Source: Spirochaetota bacterium (GTDB lineage Bacteria > Spirochaetota > Spirochaetia > Treponematales > UBA12059). Taken from it: a stretch of DNA of 55,431 bases. Positions 16,813-25,226 of this stretch are shown here, piece by piece. Below the pieces are notes generated by a model. It had not been told where the DNA came from, made no database searches, and worked only from the letters and a program-made list of their open reading frames with translations. The position numbers were made by a program, and so were the translations under genes. Every line of letters starts with the position of its first letter. Positions within the stretch are counted from its first letter, which is position 1. Location of the stretch: assembly GCA_003247225.1 (NCBI GenBank), contig QKAK01000162.1, positions 1 to 55,431 on the forward strand, given 5' to 3'.

Positions 16813-18037
16813 CCACCCGCCCGGCGACTTCGGTGATACGTATAGTAAGCTCCTCGGCCTCGACGAGTCGTTCTCGGTCAAGAGCCATTACCCCGAATTC
16901 AAGGCGGCCGAGCGCGCCCTGCTCGAGATCAACGAGGACCTCGAGCGCATGGTCGACGAGCGTACGCGGGAACTCGCCCTGGCTAACGACGAGCTCGCCG
17001 CGAGGGGCCGCTCGCTCGAGGACGCGCTGAAGGAGCTGCGCAATGCTCAGGAGCGCCTCGTCCAGACGAGGTACCAGGCCTCGGTAGGGCGGGTGCTCGC
17101 GGCGATAGCCCATGAGCTCAATAGCCCGCTCGCGTCCACGCAGTCGGCCTCGGATCACCTTTCGTCGATACGCCTCGAGGCGGTGGACGCGATGTCCAGG
17201 TACCGATCGATGCCCGAAGCGCCTGCGAGGCTCGTCGACCGCCTGCTCAAGCGGCAGGACGAGCCGCATTACGAGGGCGCGGATCGCAGGAAGGCCCTGG
17301 CGGCGCGGCTCGCGGCGGCGGGATGCGCCGGAGCCGACGATCTAGCCGACGATCTGTGCGACCTGGGGTGGGCGGACCCGGACGACGGCGACCTCGCGCT
17401 GCTGGCCGATCCCGTGGGGGCGGAAGCGGTAGGGGTGGCGTGGGTACTCGGCTCGATGTTCGGCTCCTCGTCGCTCGTGGCGCTGGCGGCCAGGCGCTCG
17501 GCGGACGTCGTGCGCTCGCTGAACGCCTACCTGGACTTGGCGCTGCCCGACGAGTCGGCCCTCGTCGATTTCGATATAGCCGGAAGGCTGCTCGGCCGCT
17601 GCGCGGAGGCGGGGGGCGCGAGGGGCGACGTCCGCTACGAGCTCGAGGACGGCGCGCGCGCCTACGGCGACCCCGATAGGCTCGACCTCGTCTGGGAGAA
17701 CCTTATATCGAACGCCCTGTTCGCTGCCGGCAAGGGCGGCACCGTCACGGTGCGATCGCGCTCAGAAGGCGCGGCGACCGTCGTCGAGGTGGAGGACGAC
17801 GGCCCCGGCGTCGACCCGGCTATCCGCGACCGCCTGTTCGAGCCCTACGTGTCCACCAAGGCCCTCGAGGAGGCCAAGGGATTAGGCTTGGACATTTGCA
17901 AGAGAATCGTGGATACTCATAGGGGGACTATTACATTCGAGAGCGAGCCCGGCCGTACCGTCTTCAGGGTACGGCTACCGGGTCCGCCTGACGGAGCCGC
18001 AACCTATGAAGAGCGAGGCGATCCTGTGCGTCGATGA
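16796..18037 (+). CDS. Cytoplasmic sensor histidine kinase with ErcS/NahK-like N-terminal motif
   Basis: KLLGL...SVKSHYPEF motif, coiled coil (ERTRELA), H-box AHELNSPL, N-box NLISNA, DDGPGV, FEPYVSTK and GLGL. Confidence 0.9.
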   Translation: MSVRSDHPPGDFGDTYSKLLGLDESFSVKSHYPEFKAAERALLEINEDLERMVDERTRELALANDELAARGRSLEDALKELRNAQERLVQTRYQASVGRVLAAIAHELNSPLASTQSASDHLSSIRLEAVDAMSRYRSMPEAPARLVDRLLKRQDEPHYEGADRRKALAARLAAAGCAGADDLADDLCDLGWADPDDGDLALLADPVGAEAVGVAWVLGSMFGSSSLVALAARRSADVVRSLNAYLDLALPDESALVDFDIAGRLLGRCAEAGGARGDVRYELEDGARAYGDPDRLDLVWENLISNALFAAGKGGTVTVRSRSEGAATVVEVEDDGPGVDPAIRDRLFEPYVSTKALEEAKGLGLDICKRIVDTHRGTITFESEPGRTVFRVRLPGPPDGAATYEERGDPVRR

Positions 18038-18413
18038 CGAGGCCATCATCCTGATGGCGATGAAGCGCGAGCTGAAGGCGCATTTCAAGGACCGGTTCAG
18101 GTTCGAGACGGCCCTGGACGCCGCCGAGGGCCTCAAGATCATCGACGACCTATCGGAAGACGGCGTGTCGGTCATACTCGTCATATCCGACTGGCTCATG
18201 CCGGGCATGAAGGGCGACGAATTCCTTATGACGATACGCTCGCTGTATCCCGATATACGGACCATCATGGTCACCGGGCACGCCGACCCTCAGTCCATCG
18301 AGAGGACCGTCACCGAGGCCGGGGCCTTCAAGGTGCTCCAGAAGCCGTGGAACAGGAGCGAGCTTATCGAGGCGATATCCGCCTGCGTCGGCCCGGAGCG
18401 CACTTCGACTTAG
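18006..18413 (+). CDS. Single-domain response regulator receiver
   Basis: CVDDE, ISDWLMPGMKG, MVTG and KPW. Confidence 0.92.
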   Translation: MKSEAILCVDDEAIILMAMKRELKAHFKDRFRFETALDAAEGLKIIDDLSEDGVSVILVISDWLMPGMKGDEFLMTIRSLYPDIRTIMVTGHADPQSIERTVTEAGAFKVLQKPWNRSELIEAISACVGPERTST

Positions 18414-18428
18414 CCCCCGCTCGACTCG

Positions 18429-18457
18429 TTGAAACGAGTCGCCCTATTCGTTACACT
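18429..18457 (+). promoter_or_regulatory. Sigma-70 promoter of argS, overlapped by an inverted repeat
   Basis: TTGAAA-N17-TACACT; GACTCGTT-GA-AACGAGTC spans the -35 element. Confidence 0.55.
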
Positions 18458-18515
18458 GGCGTCCATACCATGGCGGACCGGCCCCGAGCCGGCTCTCGCC
18501 CAGCAGGAGCCAGCC

Positions 18516-20282
18516 GTGAGATCCGTACGAGAAGCGTGGAAGGCAGCAGTGGCGTCGGCCGTCGCCGATATGCTCGCAGAGAAGGGAGCCGATCCGTCTC
18601 TGTCCGAGGCCGTCGCCGCGGAGGCGCCGCCCGACGCCGCGATGGGCGACGTCGGCTTCCCTATGTTCCCGTTCGCCAAGGCCCTGCGCATGGGGCCGCC
18701 CCAGATCGCCGCCGCGCTCGCCGATCGCCTGGTCGCCGAGGCTTCCGCCGGCGCGGCGCCGGCCGGTACCGTCAAGGCGGTCGGGCCGTACCTCAACGTA
18801 TTCCTCGATCGGGCCTCGGTCGCTGCCCAGGCGCTCGGCTCGCGGTCGCTCGGCTCGTCGTACGGCCGCTCGTCGTCCCTGGCCGGCTCCAAGGTGATGA
18901 TAGAGTTCTCCAGCCCGAACACCAACAAGCCCCTGCACCTCGGCCACCTCCGGAACGACGTGCTCGGCGAGAGCTCGGCCCGCATCCTCAAGGCGAACGG
19001 CGCCGAGGTGATGAAGATCAACCTGGTCAACGACCGCGGCGTGCACATCTGCAAGTCGATGCTGTCGTACATGGCCTACGGCGGCGGCCGCGTCCCTGAG
19101 GACGAGGGCAAGAAGACCGACCACTTCGTGGGCGACTACTACGTCAGGTTCAACGACCTCAAGAAGGACGACCCCAAGGCCGAGGAGAAGGCCCAGGAGC
19201 TGCTGGTCAAGTGGGAGGCCGGCGATCCCGAGACCATAGCGCTCTGGAAGAAGATGAACGAATGGGCCGTCGGCGGCATACGGCGCACCTACGATAGGAC
19301 CGGCGTGTCCTTCGACAAGTACTATTACGAGAGCCAGATCTACCTGACCGGCAAGGACGAGGTGCAGAAGGGGCTGGCCTCCGGCGTCTTCTTCAAGGCC
19401 GACGACGGGTCGGTACGCGTAGACCTGTCCCCGATCGGGCTCGAGGAGAAGGTGCTGCTACGCAAGGACGGCACCTCGATCTACATGACCCAGGACCTGG
19501 GCCTGGCCATACACCGGCACCAGGACTGGCCCTTCGACCGCCTGGTCTACGTCGTCGCCAACGAGCAGCAGTACCATTTCAAGGTGCTGTTCTACATACT
19601 GAAGCGCCTCGGCTACGATTGGGCGGACAACCTGTTCCACCTGTCGTACGGCCTCGTCAACCTGCCCGAGGGCAGGATGAAGACCCGCGAGGGCACCGTC
19701 GTCGACGCCGACGCCCTGCTCGACTCGCTCCGGGAGCTCGCCCTCGAGGAGATCCAGGCCAAGGGCCGCGAGGACGCCGTGGGGGACCCGTTGGACACCG
19801 CCGAGAAGATAGCGCTCGGCGCCGTCCACTACTACCTGGCCCAGGCCACGCCGTCCAAGGACATGATCTTCAATCCCAAGGAGTCGCTGTCGTTCAACGG
19901 CAATACCGGCCCGTATATCCAGTACATGGGCGCCAGGATATCGAGCCTCCTGCGGAAGCGCGACCGGGGCGAGGGCAGCGCCTCGAAGGGCTCGGTGCGG
20001 CCGGAGCTGCTGTCGTCGCCGTCGGAATGGGAGCTCGTCAGGCTGGTCTCCTCCTACCCGGAGGCCGTCGAGCAGGCCGGCGCCGAGTACAACCCGGCGA
20101 TCGTCGCCGCCCACGTGTACGCGATCGCGAGCGCCTTCTCGAAGTTCTACCACGACGAGCCTATCCTGAGCTGCGAGGACCCCGACCAGGCGGCTACCCG
20201 CCTGGCCCTGTCGGAGGCGGTGCTCGTCGTGCTCAAGAACGGGCTCGAGCTGCTGTGCATCCCGTTCCTGGAGGCGATGTAG
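18516..20282 (+). CDS. argS: Arginine--tRNA ligase
   Basis: EFSSPNTNKPLHLGHLRN (HIGH motif), MKTREG and GNTGPYIQY; ends in 'EAM'. GTG start follows AGGAG. Confidence 0.97.
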   Translation: MRSVREAWKAAVASAVADMLAEKGADPSLSEAVAAEAPPDAAMGDVGFPMFPFAKALRMGPPQIAAALADRLVAEASAGAAPAGTVKAVGPYLNVFLDRASVAAQALGSRSLGSSYGRSSSLAGSKVMIEFSSPNTNKPLHLGHLRNDVLGESSARILKANGAEVMKINLVNDRGVHICKSMLSYMAYGGGRVPEDEGKKTDHFVGDYYVRFNDLKKDDPKAEEKAQELLVKWEAGDPETIALWKKMNEWAVGGIRRTYDRTGVSFDKYYYESQIYLTGKDEVQKGLASGVFFKADDGSVRVDLSPIGLEEKVLLRKDGTSIYMTQDLGLAIHRHQDWPFDRLVYVVANEQQYHFKVLFYILKRLGYDWADNLFHLSYGLVNLPEGRMKTREGTVVDADALLDSLRELALEEIQAKGREDAVGDPLDTAEKIALGAVHYYLAQATPSKDMIFNPKESLSFNGNTGPYIQYMGARISSLLRKRDRGEGSASKGSVRPELLSSPSEWELVRLVSSYPEAVEQAGAEYNPAIVAAHVYAIASAFSKFYHDEPILSCEDPDQAATRLALSEAVLVVLKNGLELLCIPFLEAM

Positions 20283-20299
20283 GGGAGTCCCCGCTTCGG

Positions 20300-20329
20300 T
20301 TGACACTGGCGGGAATTGCGTAGTATAAA
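20300..20329 (+). promoter_or_regulatory. Sigma-70 promoter of the rplU operon
   Basis: TTGACA-N18-TATAAA. Confidence 0.7.
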
Positions 20330-20458
20330 ATCGAGCCGGTACGCCGTTCCGAGGCGCCGGTTCTTGGCCGGGCTCGGCCATGATCATTGTACGCGTCGGC
20401 CGATACCGGATGGCAACGTCCCTCGGCCTCGGCATACGAAACATAAGAGGTTGACAGG

Positions 20459-20770
20459 ATGTACGCAATCGTAGAAGTGCAAGGCAAGCAGTACCGCGCC
20501 GAGAAGGGCGCCGTTCTCCGCGTGGACCGCATGGACGGCGAGGCCGGAACCCCGGTCGCCATCGATTCTGTCCTGCTCGTGTCCGGCGATACGATCAAGA
20601 TCGGCGCCCCCTACGTTCAGGGCGCCCAGGTCAAGGCGACGATCAAGGCCCAGGAGAAGGGCGACAAGGTCATCGTGTTCAAGTACAAGCCCAAGAAGGA
20701 CTACCGCCGCACCCAGGGCCATAGGCAGCGCTACACGCTGCTGACGGTCGATGAGATCGTCGGGGCCTGA
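20459..20770 (+). CDS. rplU: 50S ribosomal protein L21
   Basis: MYAIVE..GKQY, FKYKPKK.YRR.QGHRQ.YT. Confidence 0.98.
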   Translation: MYAIVEVQGKQYRAEKGAVLRVDRMDGEAGTPVAIDSVLLVSGDTIKIGAPYVQGAQVKATIKAQEKGDKVIVFKYKPKKDYRRTQGHRQRYTLLTVDEIVGA

Positions 20771-21101
20771 TCGGCTGACCGTTAGGCTGTCGTTCTGGCC
20801 GGACGGGGCGCTCAAGGGCGCCGAGGCCGAGGGACACGCCGGCGACCGCCGCGCGGGCGCCAACCTGGCCTGCGCCGCCGTGACCGTCCTCCTGAGGACG
20901 GCGTACGAGACGGCGGCGGGCTACGAGGGCGTCGCGGTCAGGGGCTCCGCCCCTGCGCCGGGCAGCCTGAGCTTCGAGATAGGGCGGTACCCGCCCGCGA
21001 TGGCCGATAGGCTCCGCGGCGTCGGGGACTTCCTGACCGTAGGATTGTCCAGCGTGGATCGCGAGTATCCGGGCTTGATAGATTTACTATTAGAGAGATG
21101 A
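20751..21101 (+). CDS. Ribosomal-processing cysteine protease Prp-like (start uncertain)
   Basis: Located between rplU and rpmA; GHAG...ACAAVT His/Cys dyad; C-terminal 'EYP'. Confidence 0.8.
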   Translation: MRSSGPDRLTVRLSFWPDGALKGAEAEGHAGDRRAGANLACAAVTVLLRTAYETAAGYEGVAVRGSAPAPGSLSFEIGRYPPAMADRLRGVGDFLTVGLSSVDREYPGLIDLLLER

Positions 21102-21113
21102 CGGAGGTACTAT

Positions 21114-21353
21114 ATGCCACATAAAGGTAACGGCCGCGATTCGAATCCGCAGCACCTGGGCGTCAAGGCGTACGGCAACGAGCTCGTACGCGCCGGCTCG
21201 ATCATCGTGCGCCAGCGCGGCTCCAAGATCCATCCCGGCGAGAACGTCGGCAAGGGCAAGGACGACACGCTGTTCGCCAAGGCCGACGGCAGGGTCGTGT
21301 TCTGCGAGCACCGCGGGCGCAAGTACGCCGGCATCGAGCCGATAGAGTCCTAA
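21114..21353 (+). CDS. rpmA: 50S ribosomal protein L27
   Basis: [31 protein letters not shown]; GGAGG RBS. Confidence 0.97.
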   Translation: MPHKGNGRDSNPQHLGVKAYGNELVRAGSIIVRQRGSKIHPGENVGKGKDDTLFAKADGRVVFCEHRGRKYAGIEPIES

Positions 21354-21411
21354 GGCCTCGCCGCGGCGACGCGGCCTGCATCGAGCGCGGCTCCGGAGAG
21401 CCGCGCCATAC

Positions 21412-21450
21412 GCCGTCGCGTCCGGCCACCGGCCGAGCGGCGGCTTTTCT
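21412..21450 (+). terminator. Possible intrinsic terminator between rpmA and obgE
   Basis: GCCGTCGC...GCGGCGGC stem with an inner hairpin, followed by TTTTCT. Confidence 0.4.
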
Positions 21451-21474
21451 ATCTCCGGAGGGGGCGGTAACGCG

Positions 21475-22506
21475 ATGGTACATTTCGCCGACGAGACGAA
21501 GATCACCGTATCTTCCGGCAACGGGGGCAACGGCTGCGTGGCGTTCAGGCGCGAGGCCCACGTGCCGCTCGGCGGGCCCGCCGGCGGCGACGGCGGCCGC
21601 GGCGGCGACGTCGTCTTCGAGGTGCGCCGCAACCTGCGGACCCTCGTGCATATCCGCTACGCCAAGCACTACCGGGCCCAGGCCGGCCAGGACGGCATGG
21701 GCCGCAACCGCCACGGCAAGGACGGCGAGGACGTCGTCATACCCGTGCCGCCCGGCACCGTCGTCAAGGACGCCGCGTCCGGCGAGACCCTGATGGACTT
21801 CGGCTCCTCGGGGGAGGGCCGCTGGGTCTTCCTGCGCGGCGGCAACGGCGGCTGGGGCAACGTGCACTTCAAGTCGAGCGTGAACCAGGCGCCGCGCACC
21901 GCGCTGCCCGGCAAGCCCGGCGAGAGCGTCGAGCTGCGCGTGGAGCTGCAGCTGATGGCCGACATAGGCTTCGTCGGCTTCCCGAACGCCGGCAAGTCGA
22001 GCCTGCTCGACCGCTGCACGAACGCGCGGCCCAAGATAGCGCCGTACCCGTTCACGACCAAGATACCGAACCTCGGCGTGCTGACCGTCGCCGAGCGCGA
22101 CATCATCCTGGCCGACATACCCGGCATCATCGAGGGCGCTCACGACGGCGCGGGCCTGGGCATACGCTTCCTCAAGCACATCTCGCGCACCGCGGCGCTG
22201 GCCTTCCTCGTCGACCTGTCCGACGACGGATTCACGGGCGCCTTCGAGGTGCTGCTCGCGGAGCTCGAGGGCTTCTCCGCGGAGCTGCTCGCCAAGCCGC
22301 GCATCGTGATCGGCACCAAGCTCGACCTGCCGGAGACGGCCGGCCGCCTCGACGAGCTGCGCGCGGCCTTGCCGGGCGAGCGCGTCGTCGGGCTCTCCGT
22401 CTTCTCGGGCGAGGGGCTCGACGAGGTCTCGCGGGCTTTCCTGTCGTTCGTGCTGGAGGCCGAGAAGGCCCAGTCCGGCGAGGGCCGGGCCGGCGCCGGG
22501 TCATGA
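21475..22506 (+). CDS. obgE: GTPase Obg/CgtA
   Basis: Gly-rich Obg fold (GGPAGGDGGRGG), GFPNAGKS, YPFTT, DIPG and TKLD. Confidence 0.97.
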   Translation: MVHFADETKITVSSGNGGNGCVAFRREAHVPLGGPAGGDGGRGGDVVFEVRRNLRTLVHIRYAKHYRAQAGQDGMGRNRHGKDGEDVVIPVPPGTVVKDAASGETLMDFGSSGEGRWVFLRGGNGGWGNVHFKSSVNQAPRTALPGKPGESVELRVELQLMADIGFVGFPNAGKSSLLDRCTNARPKIAPYPFTTKIPNLGVLTVAERDIILADIPGIIEGAHDGAGLGIRFLKHISRTAALAFLVDLSDDGFTGAFEVLLAELEGFSAELLAKPRIVIGTKLDLPETAGRLDELRAALPGERVVGLSVFSGEGLDEVSRAFLSFVLEAEKAQSGEGRAGAGS

Positions 22507-23075
22507 GGCTCCTGATCCTCGGCGGCACCTTCAACCCCATCCACGTCGGCCACCTGATGCTGGCCGAGGAGGCCGCGCGCGAATTCGGCTACGACAGAGT
22601 GGCGCTCGTGCCGTCGAGCGCGCCGCCGCACAAGACGCCGGACGGGGACCCCGGCCCGGCGGCGCGGCTGGAGATGACCCGGGCGGCCGTCGCCGGATAC
22701 GGCGCGTTCGTGGTGGAGGACTGCGAGATAGAGCGCGGCGGCACGTCGTATACGGTGGATACGCTCGAGCGCATCGTAGCGACCTACCCGCTGGAGGGGC
22801 GTCCCGGCCTGCTGATCGGCGACGACCTGGCCGCCGGGTTCGAGTCTTGGCGCGACCCCGACGGCATCTGCCGCCTGGCCGACCTGATCGTCGCCAGGCG
22901 GAGCGGCGGACCGGACGCCCTGGAGCGCCCCCATAGGCGCGCGTCCAACATGCTGCTCCCGATCTCGTCGACCGATATTCGGTCCAGGATAGGCTCCGGG
23001 CGGCCCTGGACCTGGCTGGTACCGGGGCCAGCCGTACGGTATATTCTGACGAACGGCTTATACGGTAGCGCCTAG
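22503..23075 (+). CDS. nadD: Nicotinate-nucleotide adenylyltransferase
   Basis: GGTFNPIHVGH, PPHK, SYTVDTL, IGDD and ISSTDIR. Confidence 0.95.
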   Translation: MRLLILGGTFNPIHVGHLMLAEEAAREFGYDRVALVPSSAPPHKTPDGDPGPAARLEMTRAAVAGYGAFVVEDCEIERGGTSYTVDTLERIVATYPLEGRPGLLIGDDLAAGFESWRDPDGICRLADLIVARRSGGPDALERPHRRASNMLLPISSTDIRSRIGSGRPWTWLVPGPAVRYILTNGLYGSA

Positions 23076-23111
23076 CGCCTCGGCGGGCGCTGGCTGAAAG
23101 AGCAAGGTGGC

Positions 23112-24287
23112 ATGGGTCGATCACGGATAGATATAAGCGTCATGTTCCTCGCGGGGATACTCCTCATCGCCGTCGTCGGCGTCCTGATCATGGTATCGGC
23201 GCTGCGCGTCGACCCGGTCGAGGAGGCGGTGGCGGAGGAGCGCATCATCAACGTCGCCATCATCGTCGAGCGGGCCGGAAAGCCGGCGTCGACCCAGCTC
23301 CTGATGTACTACCCGGGCAACGCGAGGGCGGCCATGCTAGACATCCCGTCGGAGACCGGCCTGATCATCTCGTCGCTCAACCGCGTCGACAGCATAGACG
23401 CGCTGTACGAGCCCGACGATCCGCGGCCCTTCCTCGACGAGGTGCAGCGCCTGACCGGCGCGACGATAGACTGGTACCTGATACTCGACGAGCGGTCCCT
23501 GTCGTCGCTCGTCGACCTGCTCGACGGCATATCGGTGTTCCTGCCCGATCGGATCTCCGACGTCGTCAACGAGGTGCCGGTATCGTTGCCGTCGGGCTTC
23601 GTCGTGCTCGACGGGCGTAAGACCCTCGCCTACGCCTCGTATTCCCAGGAAGACGCGATGGACTCGGAGCTGGTCGCCAAGCGGCAGTCGCTCAACCAGG
23701 CGGCGCTCAGGCGGCTCGGCGAGCGGGCCGACTACGCGATGCGGGACGACGTGTTCCCTGTCATCCGGTCGCTGTTCAGGACCAACCTGAAGCCCGAGTC
23801 GCTCAGGTACCTATTCGGGGAATTCGTCCGGCTCGAGGCCGATAGGATAGTGCTGCAGCGCCTGACCGGCGCCTATCGCTACGTCGAGGGCAAGCTGCTG
23901 CTGTTCCCGTACTGGGACGGCGAGCTCGTCAAGGACATCGTCAAGCAGTCGCTCAACGCGCTGCTCAACGCCGACGCCACCGCGATCGCCGACAAGGTCT
24001 TCACGCTGGAGATACTGAACGGCACCTCGACGAGGGGGCTCGCCCAGAAGACCGCGGATATCTTCCAGAGCTTCGGCTACGAGGTCGTGTCCGTCGGTAA
24101 CGCCGAGACGAGCGACGTCGAACGGACCAGCGTGATAGACCGCTACGGGGACCGCGTATCGGCCACGAGCGTGGCCAACGTAATCCGCTGCAAGATCGTT
24201 GAGGAGGAGGCGATTCCGAGCGCCAGTCCCGCCGACTTCGTCATCATACTCGGAAAGGACTTCAATGGGAGGAACTGTGGCGACTGA
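23112..24287 (+). CDS. LCP (LytR-CpsA-Psr) family protein with LytR C-terminal domain
   Basis: N-terminal TM segment; LVDLLDGI, LDG..LAY, RQ; LytR_C 'EILNGT...GLA...VGNA...VIILGKDF'. Confidence 0.88.
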   Translation: MGRSRIDISVMFLAGILLIAVVGVLIMVSALRVDPVEEAVAEERIINVAIIVERAGKPASTQLLMYYPGNARAAMLDIPSETGLIISSLNRVDSIDALYEPDDPRPFLDEVQRLTGATIDWYLILDERSLSSLVDLLDGISVFLPDRISDVVNEVPVSLPSGFVVLDGRKTLAYASYSQEDAMDSELVAKRQSLNQAALRRLGERADYAMRDDVFPVIRSLFRTNLKPESLRYLFGEFVRLEADRIVLQRLTGAYRYVEGKLLLFPYWDGELVKDIVKQSLNALLNADATAIADKVFTLEILNGTSTRGLAQKTADIFQSFGYEVVSVGNAETSDVERTSVIDRYGDRVSATSVANVIRCKIVEEEAIPSASPADFVIILGKDFNGRNCGD

Positions 24288-24660
24288 CGTACGAGAGGCG
24301 GCCTTCGGCTGCGCGGCCATGCTCGCCGAGCATAACGGGGGCGATACGGTCGTCCTGGACCTGAGCAAGCTGTCTACCTGGACCGACTTCTTCGTGGTGA
24401 CGAGCTCGACCAGCTCGACCCACCTGAGGGGCCTCGCGCGCCGCGTCGAGGAGTACCTCGGGCCCCTCGGCTACTCGCCGCTCAGGCGGCCGGGCCTGGC
24501 CGACGACGAGCAGTGGTGCCTGATCGATTTCGGCGACTTCGTCGTGCATATCATGGCCGCCGAGGCCAGGGAATTCTACGAGCTCGAGAAATTGTGGTTC
24601 GGGGCCGAGCTCACCGCGGTGAACGCCCCCGCCGCTCCCGCTCCCGCCCGGGAGGAGTAG
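24277..24660 (+). CDS. rsfS: Ribosome silencing factor (Iojap)
   Basis: VLDL....WTDFFVV, WCLIDFGDFVVHIM...REFYELEKLW. GTG start follows GGGAGG (ATG 24265 is an alternative). Confidence 0.95.
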   Translation: MATDVREAAFGCAAMLAEHNGGDTVVLDLSKLSTWTDFFVVTSSTSSTHLRGLARRVEEYLGPLGYSPLRRPGLADDEQWCLIDFGDFVVHIMAAEAREFYELEKLWFGAELTAVNAPAAPAPAREE

Positions 24661-24693
24661 AAAAAAGCCGCGCCTCCCGTCGGGAGGCGCGGC
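24661..24693 (-). terminator. Intrinsic terminator (minus-strand U-tract) between rsfS and the acidic-protein gene
   Basis: Plus strand AAAAAA-GCCGCGCCTCCC-GTC-GGGAGGCGCGGC; perfect 12-bp stem. Confidence 0.85.
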
Positions 24694-24713
24694 CGTTCAT
24701 CGAGTCGCCGAGG

Positions 24714-25031
24714 CTATTCGTCGAAATCGTTATAGTCGATATCGTCCTCGTAGTCGAAATCCCCTGATTCCCCGTCTTCTTCGTCGAAATCGTCGTCGAA
24801 GTCGTCATCCTCGTCGTCGTCGAAGTCGTCGTCCTCGTCGTCGTCGAAGTCTTCTTCTTCATCAGAAAAGTCGTCGAAGTCGTCTTCGTCCTCGAAGTCG
24901 TCCTCGTACTCATCTTCGTAGTCGTCGAAGCGGACGAAAGGAGCCTCGGGAAGCTGGACGTAATCGCCGACGCCCATGAGCGCTAGCTCCAACGCGTTTC
25001 CCGGCATCGCCGTATCCCGTATAGGATCCAT
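24714..25031 (-). CDS. Small, highly acidic Asp/Glu-rich protein (105 aa)
   Basis: GGGGAGG RBS before ATG 25031, upstream promoter and downstream terminator; the 70-aa tail is almost all D/E with periodic F/Y. Confidence 0.75.
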   Translation of the reverse strand: MDPIRDTAMPGNALELALMGVGDYVQLPEAPFVRFDDYEDEYEDDFEDEDDFDDFSDEEEDFDDDEDDDFDDDEDDDFDDDFDEEDGESGDFDYEDDIDYNDFDE

Positions 25032-25122
25032 TTCAATCCTCCCCATCAAGTATCGTCGTATGAGCCCCCTTAGGGCATCCCCGCTCCCGTACGGCAGTGA
25101 GCCGGACTAGTGGGTACGGAGA

Positions 25123-25152
25123 AATCTAAAAGAGACCGGAGCGGTCTGTCAA
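25123..25152 (-). promoter_or_regulatory. Sigma-70 promoter of the acidic-protein gene
   Basis: Minus strand TTGACA-N18-TAGATT. Confidence 0.6.
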
Positions 25153-25226
25153 CTATAATCGCAATGGATTACGGCGTTTTTATTCGGCGCTTGGCGCCGC
25201 CCGTCCCCGATCGCTATAGTATGCCC

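Noticed and set aside
18458-18515. Possible T-box leader for argS
   Set aside because: The leader is only about 50 nt and has no T-box consensus or terminator.
21475-22506. Obg lacking a long C-terminal domain
   Set aside because: Short Obg forms are common in many phyla; not unusual.
24775-24930. TCG/TCGTCG-rich repeats that might be a microsatellite or CRISPR array
   Set aside because: Explained by Asp/Glu/Phe codons of the acidic ORF; there is no repeat-spacer structure and no cas genes.
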